From positions 2,790,001 to 2,854,000 of the forward strand of contig NC_087437.1 of NCBI RefSeq assembly GCF_036321535.1: a stretch of 64,000 nucleotides of DNA. Direction: 5' to 3'. This document shows positions 13,140 through 25,650 of the stretch, piece by piece. Positions within the stretch are counted from its first letter, which is position 1. Every line of letters begins with the position of its first letter. The DNA is from Camelus dromedarius (Eukaryota). A program made the position numbers and the translations under genes. The notes beneath the pieces were generated by a model, which saw only the letters and a program-made list of their open reading frames with translations, did no database searches and had not been told where the DNA came from.

Positions 13140-14299
13140 GTAAAAAAGCTGCTCTTTGTTACTTTTCTGCTGCAACCCCCTGTTCCTCTAATTGTTGACC
13201 TGCTTGTGTAGTCTCAGAATACCTAAAATCAGCTAAGAGCAGCCTTCACATTTCAGAAATTTCTGCAGAATCCGAGTAGAGAGTCAGTCGGCTCTTTCCT
13301 AGTGAAAACTTTGCTGGTTGATGGGGTTTATTCCATTTCATAATTTTTTTTTTTAATGTAAGTGATTCAGGAGTTTTAATGATTGGGCTAGGGGATTTTT
13401 CTATTGAGTGCAAATATTTTATAAATGCAACTAATGAAGGAAACCACATCTAACTCTTGCTTGGGCATCAGTACTCTTTAAGTGGCCAGTTCAACCCACC
13501 TAGTGAAATGCTGTTCTGCAAAGGTAAAAACGCTCACACCCTATAATAATAACTCAGAATTTTTTTTCATGAATACGACACTAATTCTAGTAGAAATATT
13601 CAATCTGAATGGACAGGAGCCGTATAAATTGTTTCTGACTTGTGCTTCATGCATGAAGGAAAATAGTTCTGGAAATAATTACCTTGAATTAACTTAAAAA
13701 TAAGAGAGTACCTTGCAGTTGTATTGTTCCAAGCTTCTGAGAAATTCAAAGTAGGTTATATCATCACTCTGCTGTGAGTGGCAAACAGGCATTTCAGAGC
13801 TGAGTATTCTTAGGTGAAGAGAAGCCAAGAGATTGATCTGAGTCAATCCAGGAACCCCCTTACATCCAGCACTGAGGTGTGTGGTCAAATGGGAGAAGAT
13901 GGTGAAATTTTTTTTTTTAAGAGTTTACTACCCAACTTTAAGACCAGCTACACAAACTTCAGCATCCTACTGAGCTATATTTTTTTAATCTTCGCTTTAA
14001 AAAAATAATCTTTAGTTTTGCCGCTACCTCTCCATGGTAATTTTAAACTCAAGGGTAAGAGAAGAACTTGGAAACCTTCGTAGGAGAGGTGCTCCAGTAT
14101 CTGAAATGATCCAAGATGTCATTTACATCTGGGTTCTCTTTGCTAGACGTTTTCCCAGCATCTCAGTTTAATTACTGAGTTGGAATGGAAGAATCCGCAG
14201 AAGAGACAGAGATGGCTCAGATACGTCCCTGTCCCTCCAGGAATGAATAACTGTGTAAGATCTACAAAGCAGAAACAGGTTCGCAGACGTAGTAAACAA

Positions 14300-14745
14300 T
14301 ATTATTTTTTTTTCCATTAAAGGTTATTACAAAGTATTGAACATAGTTCCCTGTGCTATACAGTAGAAAATTTTTTTAAAGTCTATTTTTATATATAGTG
14401 GCTAACATTTGTAAACCTCAAACTCCCAAATTTATCACTTCCCACCCCCTTTCCCTGGTAACCATGAGTTTGTTTACTAAGTCTGTGAGTCTGTTTCTGT
14501 TCTGTAGATGGGTTCGTAATTGTCTCTTTTTTTGTTTGTTTAGATTCCACAGATAAGTGATATCATGTGGTATTTTTCTTTTTGACTTACTTCGCTTAGA
14601 ATGACTATCTCCAGGTCCATCCATGTTGCTGCAAATGGCATTATTTCGTTCTTTTTTATGGCTGAGTAGTATTGCATTGCATAAATATACCACAAATTCT
14701 TTATCCAGTCATCTGTTGATGAATATTTAGATTGCTTCCATGTGA
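14300..14745 (-). mobile_element. L1 3' end (lineage-type)
   Basis: Antisense ORF2 C-terminus/3'UTR: GGCTGAGTAGTATTGCATTG, ATCCAGTCATCTGTTGATG, TTCCCTGTGCTATACAGTAG. Confidence 0.85.
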
Positions 14746-14788
14746 TGTAATTTTGCTTATTATTGTTTACCTTGTTTTCCCCTCTCAG

Positions 14789-14898
14789 TTCTTTGGGCTC
14801 CTGGGGTGAACGGAGCTGGGAAGACCACCACGTTCAAAATGCTTGAATGGAGACATCCCTCTGACCTCCAGACATGCCGTCATCAGGACACCCATGGG
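14789..14898 (+). pseudogene. ABCA13: ABCA13 pseudo-exon 4 (Walker A), frameshifted
   Basis: ctctcAG|...|GTaaag; FFGLLG / [13 protein letters not shown] / NGDIPLTSRHAVIRTPMG. A 1-nt loss in the G-run puts TGA in frame at 14807-14809; a 1-nt gain follows at ~14843. Confidence 0.92.
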
Positions 14899-16967
14899 GT
14901 AAAGTCCAGATTTAATCATTTTTGCTGCTTATTGAGTAACTGTCGGTCCCCAGCATCCCCTCCCAGCATCCTGTGCACCAGAGTCTGTGGATGTCATTGT
15001 CCTCCAGATTTACCTTCTGGTGAGCACTCCTCGGAAGGGGGAAAAGAGCCTCCAGATGCGAATGAAATGAACTTGGTGTTTCTGGCCAAAGGGTTGAGGA
15101 GGTGTTGGCAAGAAGCAGCCAAGGGCTGACCCCTTTCAGAGGCACCAGGTGGGTTTTAGGTGTCCAGCTGCTCCCTGCCTTGGGTAGCTCAGGTGAGCAG
15201 GAAGCGGCTGGGGCTGGTTATTCCTGCTTTTTGCCATGGGGTGGAGCGTCAGGTCCCCTCGCTAATGTGGAGGTGCCGGGAGGGGCTGGGTGCTTTCATT
15301 TGTCTGGCCACCCGGACCTGACTTTTGGGTGGTACAGTAATTCTCCAGCTCCTCCTCCACAAGCCACCCATGTGAGTCCCAATACTTTATTTGTTCCCAT
15401 ATTCCATCCTATATCCCACTTTTCTTATTTTCAGTATGCTATGAGAAGGTCCTGGCATTTTTTTTTTTCTTTCTTTTTTAAATTGAAGTAAAGTCAGTTT
15501 ACAGTGTTATGTCGGTTTAGTGTCTTGTCAGTTTCTGGTGTACAACATCATGTTTCGGTCACACATCCGGCATTACATCTTTTCTCTTTGTCCTACTGAG
15601 TGAATTCACGGTAACTTGATAACAGATTTCCAGAGTCTGTTGTTGAACTGAAACAGAGAACGCTCCATGCCTGCTGTCTGCTCTCTAAAGGTCATTGTAG
15701 AAACAGCCATCGAGTTCTCAGCACTGTATTTGAGTTCAGTCTCTCTACTGCAGATATTAGAGCTATTCTGAAATAGACTTGGAAATGATTTGCTTGGGAT
15801 TATCGTATATTGGTGCCAATATAGTCATTGGAAAGAGTTGTTCAAAAAAATCATAATTACTCATTAATTAGCCAAAGTTCTGCATCGACAAATACTAATA
15901 GTCCATCTCTGATGTGCCGGGTGCCAAGAAGATGAAAAACTTTCCTGTAATCCTAAAGTCCAGTGTTAATATTTATGCCTCCTACTAGTTTAAACAGACA
16001 TACATATCTGTGTGCATAGATTTAATTTGATCTGTTATCTGCTGTGTATGTACATTTCAAAATCCTCTTCAACAATACTTATTAAAAGGTTAAGTTTTTT
16101 GCGAGTCTGGTGGGTATGCGATCGCATTGTTAAATTCATCTGTGCTCCCTAATCACTCATGAACTTGATTACATCGAGTGCCTTCTCCACGTTTATTTGC
16201 TGCCCAGGATTTCTTTTGCCAATTGTCTGCCACATCCACTGTCCTTTTCCTATAAGGTTGTCTTTTTGTCACACATTATGTACGGGTTTTTAATACATTG
16301 AACTGGCAACAAATCCTTTGTGTGTGTTAAGTATTATCTTTCAGCGGTACCCTGTGTTTTAACTTTGTTTTAAAAGTGTACGTAGAGAAGTTCTCAGTTC
16401 TGATAGAACCAGTTGATCATTTTTCCCTTTCGTATTTCTTGCTTTTCAAATTCTTGCAAATTCTTCTTTTTCTAAGGAGATAGAACTATTCTTCATATTT
16501 TCTCTTCAAAGGCTTATTTTCTACATTCATGTCTTTAATTTATGTGGAGTTCATATTTGAATATATTGTGTAGTACAAATACATTTTCTTTTTCTGTCCA
16601 GAATTCCAGTTTGCCTAGTGCTGGTTTTTCAACAAATTATCTTTCACCCATCAGTTGGGAACACTTCTGTTGCACACGGAGCTCTCAGATAGACTGGACC
16701 ATCTTAACTCCTCTTCCTTCGGGGTGCATCCTAGTGGTTTCCAAAACCTTCAGTCTTTCCAGCTCTTCATTTTCAGAATTGTTTGGACTATTCTGGGCCT
16801 TTATTAAGTACTATTTCTGGAATCATTTTGCCAACCTGCATAAAAATGTCACAATATTTGAATATTGTTGTCTGCCTTATCCTTAATTTAAGCTTAACTT
16901 TATACAGGTCACTTTAAAAACATCATTCAGTTGCGATGCACTTTTCTTTCTAGAGTCCTCCCACATC

Positions 16968-17312
16968 TTTTTTTTTTTAATTGAAGTATAGTCAGTTACA
17001 ATGTCAATTTCTGATGTACAGCCTCATGTCCCAGTCATGCATATACATACATATATTTGTTTTCATATTCTTTTTCACTAAAGATTATTATAAGATACTG
17101 AATATGGTTCCCTGTGCTATACAGAAGAAATTTGTTTTTTTAATCTATTTTTATATATAGTAGTTAATATTTGCAAATCTCAAACTCCCAGATTTATTCC
17201 TTGCCACCCACTCTCCCCGGTAACCATTAGATTGTTTACTGTGTCTGTGAGCCTGTTTCTGTTTTGTAGATGAGTTCATTGGGTTTTTTTTTTTTGTTTT
17301 TTTTTTAGATTT
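16968..17312 (-). mobile_element. L1 3'UTR fragment
   Basis: Poly-T then AATTGAAGTATAGTCAGTTACAATG..., same 3'UTR as the copy ending at 55801. Confidence 0.85.
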
Positions 17313-18327
17313 ATTCATCCAGATGAATTAGGAGGGAGGTTATTCATCTCTTAATTGTTTTTGTTTGTTTGCACTTTCTTCTTCTTTGATTTTTTCCACG
17401 GCTTTTAGATTTTGCTGGCTCACCTTGCAGGTGAGTTTATGTGCTTTTGCTGTCAGTCTGTCTTTTTTTATCTTTCCCCTTCTGTGTTTCAGTTTGTTGC
17501 TCCTTCTGCTTCTTATCCCGTGGTCCAGGGCCAGGTCTTAATATGGACAGTTCGGGGTTCCCTTTTCTGGTCACTGCAGGTGGGCCGTAGTCCTGGTCTT
17601 GCACCAGGACCTGGCCAGGAAGATGAGCATCTTGGAAGTAGCCTGAGCTCCAGGCAGCATCCCTAGCCTCCTTCCAGGAGAGGCAGGGCTGGAGACCAGG
17701 TACCACACATTGAGCTTGCTTTTGGTCCCTCTCCACCCATGTATGAGTGCTTTTAGTTCCCACCACCTCTCAGGGGCCCAATTCCTAGCTGCTGTATGTA
17801 ATTCAGGACCAGAAGATGGCAGCCAGTGGCTATAGACCTGCTTCCTGGATCCCCTTGTTTCTGCACAAAGATACTTATTTTGGCGTGTGTTTTCTTATTC
17901 TAGACACTAGTCACAAAGCAGTGAATGAGGCAGATAAAAATCTATTCATCATTTTTGCTTGGAGAGGGAGAGAAATGTAAAGCCTGGTGGCCACAATTCT
18001 CATTGGAATTTTAATTGGTTTTATGTTGCATTTATAGATTAACTTGAAAAGATCTGACAGGTTAATGTGTTTTCTCATCTGCAAACCTTGAATATTTTTC
18101 ACATACTGAAATAAATCTAACTCATTTAGAAAAGTTTTAATCCATCTAGAATACAGTGCATGTCCCAGGAATTCATGAAACAAGCATCTCCTTCTCTTAT
18201 GGTTATGAAACCATAACCATAAGAGGTTATGAAACCTCTGATTTCAATTCTCCTTTTTTGTTCTCCCCAGAACTATCGAAACAGTGTAAAAGGCTAGTGC
18301 ATCTTATTACTCAGTTAATGGTAGTAT

Positions 18328-18837
18328 TGTTACTGAGTTCCAACTTGTTCTGCTCGCTGCACAACAGGCCAATAAATTAGAGAGGAGGTGTTGGGGCAAG
18401 GAAAAGCGACTTTATTCAGAAAGCGGGCAGACCAAGAGGACGGCGGACTAATGTCTTGGAGAACCATCCTCCAGTCAGAATACAGGCTCCTTTAATACAA
18501 AAAACAGGGGAGGGAGTGTGGTTTGTTGCTGCAAACTTTTTGCTGCAGGAATTCTTTGTTCTTGCAGCCGTCCATGTAGGTCAGGCCATGGTGTCCCTGC
18601 AAACCTCCAACAAAACAAAGGTTATTCTCTATCTTGCAACTTGTGTTTCTACCTAAGTGCAGAAGTGCTAACATCCTTCAAGGTCAGAGCTCCCAGAATA
18701 GGCTCTCCTGTGTATTTCAGGCTAAAGGCAACATTGTTTCATAAATGGTGCAGAGCTGGCAAGAGTAGAAAACAGGGCACAATGGTCAAAACTAAAGGAA
18801 CAGATCCAGTATGGAGCCGGATCTGTTCTCTGTTACA
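18328..18837 (-). mobile_element. ERV1 solo LTR
   Basis: TGTTAC...TGTTACA termini; GGGGCAAGGAAAAGCGACTTTATTCAGAAAAGC segment containing the antisense poly(A) signal. Confidence 0.7.
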
Positions 18838-19359
18838 GATGGACGCTGAGGGACATTTAGGAGAAGTTCGGGACAGCTCATTGATTTGATATGGGGGGTG
18901 GGGTGCAGGCAAAGAGACCAAGACGATCCCTGGGCTCCCTTCTGACTGGGAAGACGGCTTTGTCTGGACTGTTTGAATTTGAGGTGGCCTGTGCGACCTC
19001 CAGGAGGGGACCCTGGGCTGAGGGTACTTGGCATTCAGGGTCACTTGACATCTGCAATCTTTACCTTTTCTATTTGTTTCTTTTCTATATGTAAGAAATG
19101 AATTTTCCTAAACCTTGATACTTTTCAACCTAGTGTCCCACTGTTCTCTGTCTCATCAGAAGCTTCCTGAAAGAGTGCCAGCGCCCCTCTCTATCCTGTG
19201 CCCCATCACGCTCTGACACTAGCCGTGGGCTCTTGCCACAGCCTCCAGTGGCCTCCTCCTGTGCCTTCCCCCTCCCCCAATTATTTGAGAGTCCCAAGCT
19301 CACCCTCCCCCTGGCATTCACCTGCCAACCCACTCCAGCCTCCACATCCCCACCCCGTC

Positions 19360-19520
19360 CTGACTCCCGCCCTCCTTTTCAAACCCCCCATCCTCCTCCC
19401 GGGTTGCGGCCTGGGTCCCGCGGCAGGGGCCCCGGGAACCGGGCGCCTATGCGCACCTTTCGCCGGCGCGGAGCTGCGGTTCTTCCTTGGCGACGTGGCC
19501 CTGGGAGGCTATGGACACAG
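19360..19520. promoter_or_regulatory. Small CpG-rich patch, possible promoter/first-exon remnant
   Basis: Dense CpG (CCGCGG, CCCCGGG, GGGCGCCTATGCGCA, CGCCGGCGCGG) in a CpG-poor neighbourhood, ~270 bp upstream of the first LANCL2 exon. Confidence 0.35.
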
Positions 19521-19792
19521 ATGAGTAGTAGGTCTGTGCTTCCCTTGTCTGGAGGCACCGCCTCTCTGTGTCAGAACAATTAGCAATGTAACACCTTTAA
19601 ACTTATTTTAGCTTTTTTCTATCCTGAGTTTTTTTTTTTTTTTTCATTGTTAGGAAACATGTAAGTTGTTTGATGTTGCCTCTTCTGTAACATAGGCTTT
19701 ATGTAGGCTTTTCATGTAATCATAAAATAATGTTCTGAAGGTAAAAAGGAAAGGCAGTAATGCTTTTCTTTTGGGGCGGGCGAATCCTCCAG

Positions 19793-19999
19793 GCATAGCC
19801 CTTTTGTGCCTGCAGCTGTACTGGGTCGCTTGTGACCAGACCTGTCTGCTGCGATCCCTGGACCACGGAAAGAGAACACTTCGGAATCTGCACAGCTGGA
19901 GCCGCACTTTCCTCTGTGGAGATGCTGGGCCCTTTGCCTTCCGAGCTGTGGTACATCATAACTTAAAAGTGATTGCGAGTCCTAGGGGTGCATCACAAA
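19793..19999 (+). pseudogene. LANCL2: LANCL2 pseudo-exon (approx. human exon 3), disrupted
   Basis: ctccAG|...|GTgagt; GIALLCLQLYWVACDQTCLLRSLDHGKRTLRNLHSWSRTFLCGDAGPFAFRAVVHH / LKSDCES*GCITK versus recalled GIALLYLQLYRVTCDQTYLLRSLDYVKRTLRNL..TFLCGDAGPLAVGAVIYHKLRSDCESQECVTK; 1-nt deletion ~19960, TAG at 19983-19985. Confidence 0.93.
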
Positions 20000-20812
20000 G
20001 TGAGTTATTAAAGCTGAAAGTACTTTCTCCAGTTTCTCCGTCTTGCTGTAGAAAGAGATTAAAAAACAAAATTAGTTTTTAATTCGTCTACTCTTGCAAA
20101 CAGGTCTCTGCAAGAAGCGAGGAGTTTGTGTACTAATCTAGATCACATGCTCCCTTTCTGTCCTAGCATGTGTTTGCCTTGATCTGAGGGCGGACTAAAC
20201 ATGGTTTCTCCTAAGCAGTTTTTGGTTGCCTTCAGTGCGTGAAAATTAGCTTGTACACCTTCGATGCACTATGATTGTCTATGAAACAATTAGAGATTGT
20301 GAACTTTTATTGCACCCTGTTGGTTCGTATTCTCTTGAAGCAGCAGAAATCAGGGCACACTGCCATGGTCTGGAAGCATGTTTGGCAGGTGCCAATCAGT
20401 TAATGTTTGTTAACGATGAGATGATTCAAGCTGATTTCCAAACATTGGCTACATTTTGGTAACATTTTCCTTAAGATTTTAAAGCACTTCCTTGTATTTC
20501 TAAATTTCAAAATTGAGTGTTTTATATAGTTTGGAGCACCTTACATGGTTCAGATGTATATATCTTACACATTTTAGATATAAATGTAGAACTTTTAAAC
20601 AAAGAATTTTTTATTGTTAATTTTGAGAGAAATTTGGTTTTGTAGTGGGGAAGTTTTTGTTGTTTTCCATGGGTTTTTTTTTGTATTTTTAAAATAAGAT
20701 TTAAATTAAAAGTAAATAATAGGTAACTTCCAAAGTGATAGGGTTACTTGTAGCTTCAGGAACAGTTATTTTAGACATTCTCTGGGAAAACAGAATTTTT
20801 CTTGTTGGGTCG

Positions 20813-20960
20813 ACTTTTGCAGCTCCAGAGAACCATCGCCTGCCAGGATTCAGACCTTCCCAGCGAGCTGCTCTATGGACAGGCCGGTTATCTGTACGCC
20901 TTACTCTACGTGAACTTGGAGATGGGTCCCGACGCCCTGTGCGAGTCAGCTGTCAGAGAG
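20813..20960 (+). pseudogene. LANCL2: LANCL2 pseudo-exon (approx. exon 4), acceptor lost
   Basis: LLQLQRTIACQDSDLPSELLYGQAGYLYALLYVNLEMGPDALCESAVRE|GTactg; LanC-like ELLYGxAGY motif; preceding dinucleotide is CG (20811-20812) rather than AG. Confidence 0.93.
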
Positions 20961-21661
20961 GTACTGTGGGATCCTGCCGCCTGCAGAGTCCTGCCCCATC
21001 CCCCTGGCTGCTTGCACAGAGTTATAGGAGTGGCTGGATTCTGCTTCTAGGTGGGAGTAATTTCCTAAGGCATCTCATCAGATTCATAAACAGCCCCTTT
21101 TTCTCCTATCAGGGATTTTTTTTTTTTAATTAGGTCTGTATTAATTCAGCCGTTTTTACTAGAACCAAACAACAGCAGCTTCAGAAAGAATGTTTATTTC
21201 TCTTTCACGGGGTCTCTGAACAGCTCAGCTGGGCAGTCCAGGCAAATACAATTCTTCTGTCTCGCTCCACCTTATTTTAGGGCCATGCCCTTCTCTGCAT
21301 GACCAAAGGCAGCTGAGCACCTGCAGCCCCCAGGGTGGTGAGGGGTTGAAGGGTGAGCACTTTCCTTTTTAAGGCCGACTGGAAGTTGCCCACCTCCCTT
21401 CTGCTCATGTTCCACTTCCAGACCTCAGTCAGATGACTGTGTCTGGCTGTCTGTATCTCTGAGGCCAGATGCCCAGCTAAAAGTTAGAGCATTGTTAGCA
21501 AGAATAGACAGGGCAGAGGATATGAAGAAACAGTTAATGTCTTTGCCACATAATCATTACAGATGTGATGTTCTTCTTTTGTTCTAACTAGAATCCTGCA
21601 ATACACCTCATTTCTTAGCCTTTCATGAATAAAGCCAGTTCCTCCAGCCTTGGAAGATGTG

Positions 21662-21977
21662 CAGTCACCCCTCAGCACCTGCTGGGGATTGGTTCCAGGA
21701 ATCCTCTCCTATACCAGAATCCTGGGGTGTTAAGGTCCCTTATGTAAAGTGGTGTAGTATTTGCATATAACCTGCACACACCCTCCCCTGTATTTTAAAT
21801 CATCTCTAGATTGCATGTAATACTTAATATAAATGCTAGGTAAATAGTTGCACGTGTGCAGTAAATTCAAGTTTTGCTTTTGGGAAATTTCTGGATTTTT
21901 TTCCCCCAATACTTTTGATCTGAGGCTCATTGAACCTGTGGATGTGGAACCCGCAGTGGATACAGAGGGCAGACTGT
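21662..21977 (+). mobile_element. MER2-like TcMar-Tigger DNA transposon
   Basis: CAGTCACCCCTC...GGGGATTGGTTCCAGGA start and GGATACAGAGGGCAGACTG|TA end form terminal inverted repeats. Confidence 0.75.
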
Positions 21978-22304
21978 ATTTGCCAGTCCTTTGCAGGAAA
22001 CATTGAAGCTACAAAGCAACTAAGAAGTCTAGGATAGTTTTAATAGGAAGCTTTTCTAGATTCTAGTAAGCTCTTCATACAAAGACCTTTTGAGTTCTTG
22101 GGTCTACTTAGTATCTTTTTCTATTGAGATTGTCTTCTGATTTCTCTCTGCCTATATTTATTAATTTATAAAATAAAGATAAGTGTTGGCTACTAACTAA
22201 AGATTTTTACATTAAGTCACCTGTCTGTATAAAGATGTATTGTTATTTTTAATTAGACTAAAACAGATTTAAGTTTTTGGACTTGTGCTGTCTCATCTCC
22301 GTAG

Positions 22305-22451
22305 GCAGTCGCTGCTGTTATTAAATCGGGCAAGACTTCATCGAGGGAAGAAAAGAAGGCTGAGCGCCATCCCCTGTTGTATCAGTGGCGCAGGAAGCAG
22401 TATGCTGGCGTGGCCCATGGCGTGGCTGGAATGTACTGCATGTTAATGCCG
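22305..22451 (+). pseudogene. LANCL2: LANCL2 pseudo-exon (approx. exon 5)
   Basis: ccgtAG|147 nt|GTgagt; AVAAVIKSGKTSSREEKKAERHPLLYQWRRKQYAGVAHGVAGMYCMLMP with LanC GxAHGxAG motif; open. Confidence 0.93.
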
Positions 22452-22969
22452 GTGAGTGGCTAGCGCAGTGACCGCATTATGACAGATCCCCGCTGGGACA
22501 GGAGATGGGAACTGAAGGTTTACTACAAACCAAGCAGGTCAAAATGAAACGAGGATCCTACTTTGAGTCCTGGCTCCCTGAGCTCTTCTTCATCCCCAAG
22601 CAGTGACCTCCTGAGAGCACATTCTGTGTGCAGGCTTGTGCTCGATTAGGTGTCTGCTGCCCAACCTTATTCTGTCTATGCCCTCCTGCTCTGATAATAG
22701 GGGAGAACCTTCATGGGGCTGAAATGGCTTCCAGAATCCACACCAGGGCAGAGACTGTTTCCTATTCAGATACCTCCAACTTGCTATCAGTTGTGTTCAA
22801 AATGTTTAACCAGTTTATTGTTGTAGTTAAGATCTTGTCTCTGTAGTGAGTTAAGTACTGACTCTTCCATCACATAGTCAGAGACCTCTCCCCAAACATT
22901 GCTGCAGCCTGCTTGCAGCCTTACCGTCTGTGGGTCCCGTGGCCCCTTTCTCTGCTCTGTGCATGGCCT

Positions 22970-23435
22970 ACAGGCAGACCTTGGGGACATCGTGGGTTCA
23001 GTTCTAGATCACCACAGTAAAGCAGCTACTGCAGGGAAGCTGGTCACAGGAATGCTTTGGTTTCCCAGTGCATATAAAGGTTATGTTTACATGATCCAGT
23101 GGTCTCTTGCGCAGTTGCATTATGTCTTAAAACATGTACATACCTGAGCTTTAAAATATGTTATTACTAGAGAACACTTAACCACCATCTGAGCTTTCAG
23201 TGAGTTGTAAGCTTTCTGCAGTGGTATCATCAAGATCACTGGTCCCAGATCACCACGAGAAATACAGTGGCAATGAGGCAGTTTGAGAGAGAGCGAGCTT
23301 TACTAGAAAGTCTCCCAGATACAGACTGAGCAACTGCTGTTGGAAAACTGGTGCCAGCAGGCTTGCTCCGGGCAGGGTTGCCACAGTCCTTCAGCTGGTA
23401 AAAAGCACAAATGAGGCACGATACAGCAAGGTCTG
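22970..23435 (+). mobile_element. Tigger2/Tigger2a-like DNA transposon
   Basis: TA|CAGGCAGACCTTGGGGACATCGTGGGTTCAGTTCTAGATCACCACAGTAAAGC start; GCAGGGTTGCCACAGTCCTTCA near the end. Confidence 0.7.
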
Positions 23436-24059
23436 GCTCCTAGCTAAGTTATTCTACCACACCCATAACAGAGTGGTTAAATAAATTTGTTCAAAAAACT
23501 TGTTCAGAATTACAGAAATAGTAAGTCAGGGAGCATTGATTAGAATTTAGATCTTTTTAACTAAAAGGCCATATATTCCTTTTAAAAATTTTTACCATAA
23601 ATTCCTTTTTTATTTTTACCTTCTGCACCATCCTGCTACTTGCTAAAGGAGATTCATGTCTGCACAGGACCAAACTCCCTTTTCTGCTGATTAGCTGTCT
23701 TTGTTTATTGCTGTAGAAAGTAAAACGTGTATATTCCAAGATGTAAATTTTGTTTATAGTGCAGACATTTCCAAAATATCCAGAATTGTATCATTTAAAA
23801 ATGGTAGTGTTATTCTGGTTAGTTGGCAGATTGTCCATTTTTTGGTATTTTTAAAAGAGAGAATACCCTTAGGGAAAACATAATGAGAATCACACCCATA
23901 AAAAATGACCTTTAGATTCCGATGTTTAGGTTCATTTTGTTAGGTATTAGAGGGTTCCTTGTGAGAATCACAAGTCATAAAAATTTCAGCTCATCTACTT
24001 ATAAAGTGGAGAACATGGAAACAGTATTTAATAAGAATTCAATTTAGAAATTGGTGTCA

Positions 24060-24960
24060 GGGAGGGGCTTCCAGATGGTGGAATAGAAGGACATGGGGCT
24101 CACTGTCTCCCACAAATATATCAGAAGCACATCTGCATGTGTAACAGTTCTCAGAGAATGCCTGCTGAACTCTGACAGGAAGTATGGTACAAGAGGGACT
24201 ACAAGGAAAATCTTCCCAAAACTGGGTAGGAGTTAAAAAAAGAAAAAAGAAACTGGGACAGGACCTCCTCCCCGGGGAAGGGGAAAGGAGCGGGAGCGGC
24301 CAAGGAGGAAAATCGCCCTCCCCCTGGGAAGCCCCGCCGCAGTGGGGAGGTCATCGGGGACAGAGGGAGCCTCGGAGGCTCCGAGGAGAAAGCAGCAGCC
24401 GCTTGGCAGGCAGGACAGAGAGAAGTCGTCACAGAAGGTCCCTGTGATCCCTAACCCGAGACGTAAGCCCGCAGAGTGGGCTGGGACGGGGTGCTGGAGC
24501 TTGGGCTTCAGAGGACGGATCCGGGGAGAGACCTGGGGTTGACTGCACAGAAGCAGCCTTGGAAGGGATGGGAGTGTGCACAAAAGAGCCTGGGTCCACC
24601 ATGGAGAGCTGCACTGTGGCGAGCACAAGGAGGAGGGCTGGAGCAAGCAGCCAGAGCAGCCTCCTTCTCCGTGAGCCCACAGGGCGCTGCTGGGGCGCAA
24701 AGGGCCGCACTGTCAAAGCACCCTCGCAAAGGGAGATGCGCAGTGCTGCCCTTGGAACCTTCTCCGTGAGCCCGCAGGTTGTGGCCTGATACTAAACGCC
24801 CCATAGTTAACAATTCTGTGAGCCCGTGTGATGAGGGGACAGGCAGCAGCACAGAAGGCTCTTCCCGGTGGACATGCCTTGTGGGAGGACACCTGGCAGC
24901 TACTCTAACGGCAGAACCTCTCTCCACCTGCACGGGTTGCTGTGCCTCTGTCCAAATGCA
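24060..24960 (+). mobile_element. L1 5'UTR (promoter region) without ORF1/ORF2
   Basis: GGGAGGGGCTTCCAGATGGTGGAATAGAAGGAC start resembles the L1 GGAGG..CAAGATGGCGGA.TAG 5' end; GC-rich body typical of laurasiatherian L1 5'UTRs. Confidence 0.6.
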
Positions 24961-25650
24961 CAGAAGTCACTGCAGCAAGAGTGAGCCCTGCCGGGTATGA
25001 CTGTGAACTCAGGGTGGTGGTGATGTGTAAGTCACTGATGTCACGAATGTGCCACCTCTCCCAGTGTTGAAAGTTTTGAGTGTGTAAGGACTGGGTATAG
25101 AGGCGAACTCTCAGTACCGTTAAGTCAATTAGGCTGTGTACCCAAAGATGTTCTAGAAGTAAATCCTTTTAATGAAAAAACTGTAATGTCTGGAACACGG
25201 GCCATGGAAAGACAGGGCCCCAACGCTGAATCAGTGGACAACCACACCAACGCCCTGGGCAGTATCCCCATCCCTGCTGGACACAGAACCCACATGGGAA
25301 CTTGGGAAAATACAGATGTCTAGGCCCCACCTGCAAAAAGTGGGTCAGAGTCTCCCAGGGGGCCCAGAACGACGCCCTCCTGCCTTGGCCTCCTGCTGCG
25401 CCGTCTTCCCCGAGCCCCTTGCAGACACAGCAGCTTCATGTCTCACGTTGTGTCCTGAGTCTCAGCGTCTTCTTACACCGCAAGTGCCCTGGAATCGAAG
25501 CAGAAGACTGTTGTCCACCTCTGGTCCACAGTGCACGTGCAGGCTGCATCCCAGGGACTCTGCATCAGAAGGACTTGTGGGAGAAGATTTCCAATTAGAG
25601 GCTCTTGTTCTTCCACAGAAAATTGAGGGTGACCCTGGAGCCCTGAGCCC

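Noticed and set aside
18328..18837. LTR as the ABCA13/LANCL2 recombination junction because its flanks do not match
   Set aside because: The left boundary is uncertain; AATGG/GATGG could be a TSD if the element starts a few bases earlier.
14789..19999. In-frame ABCA13-LANCL2 fusion protein
   Set aside because: The ABCA13 exon ends in phase 2 and the LANCL2 exon starts in phase 1, and both carry stops or frameshifts.
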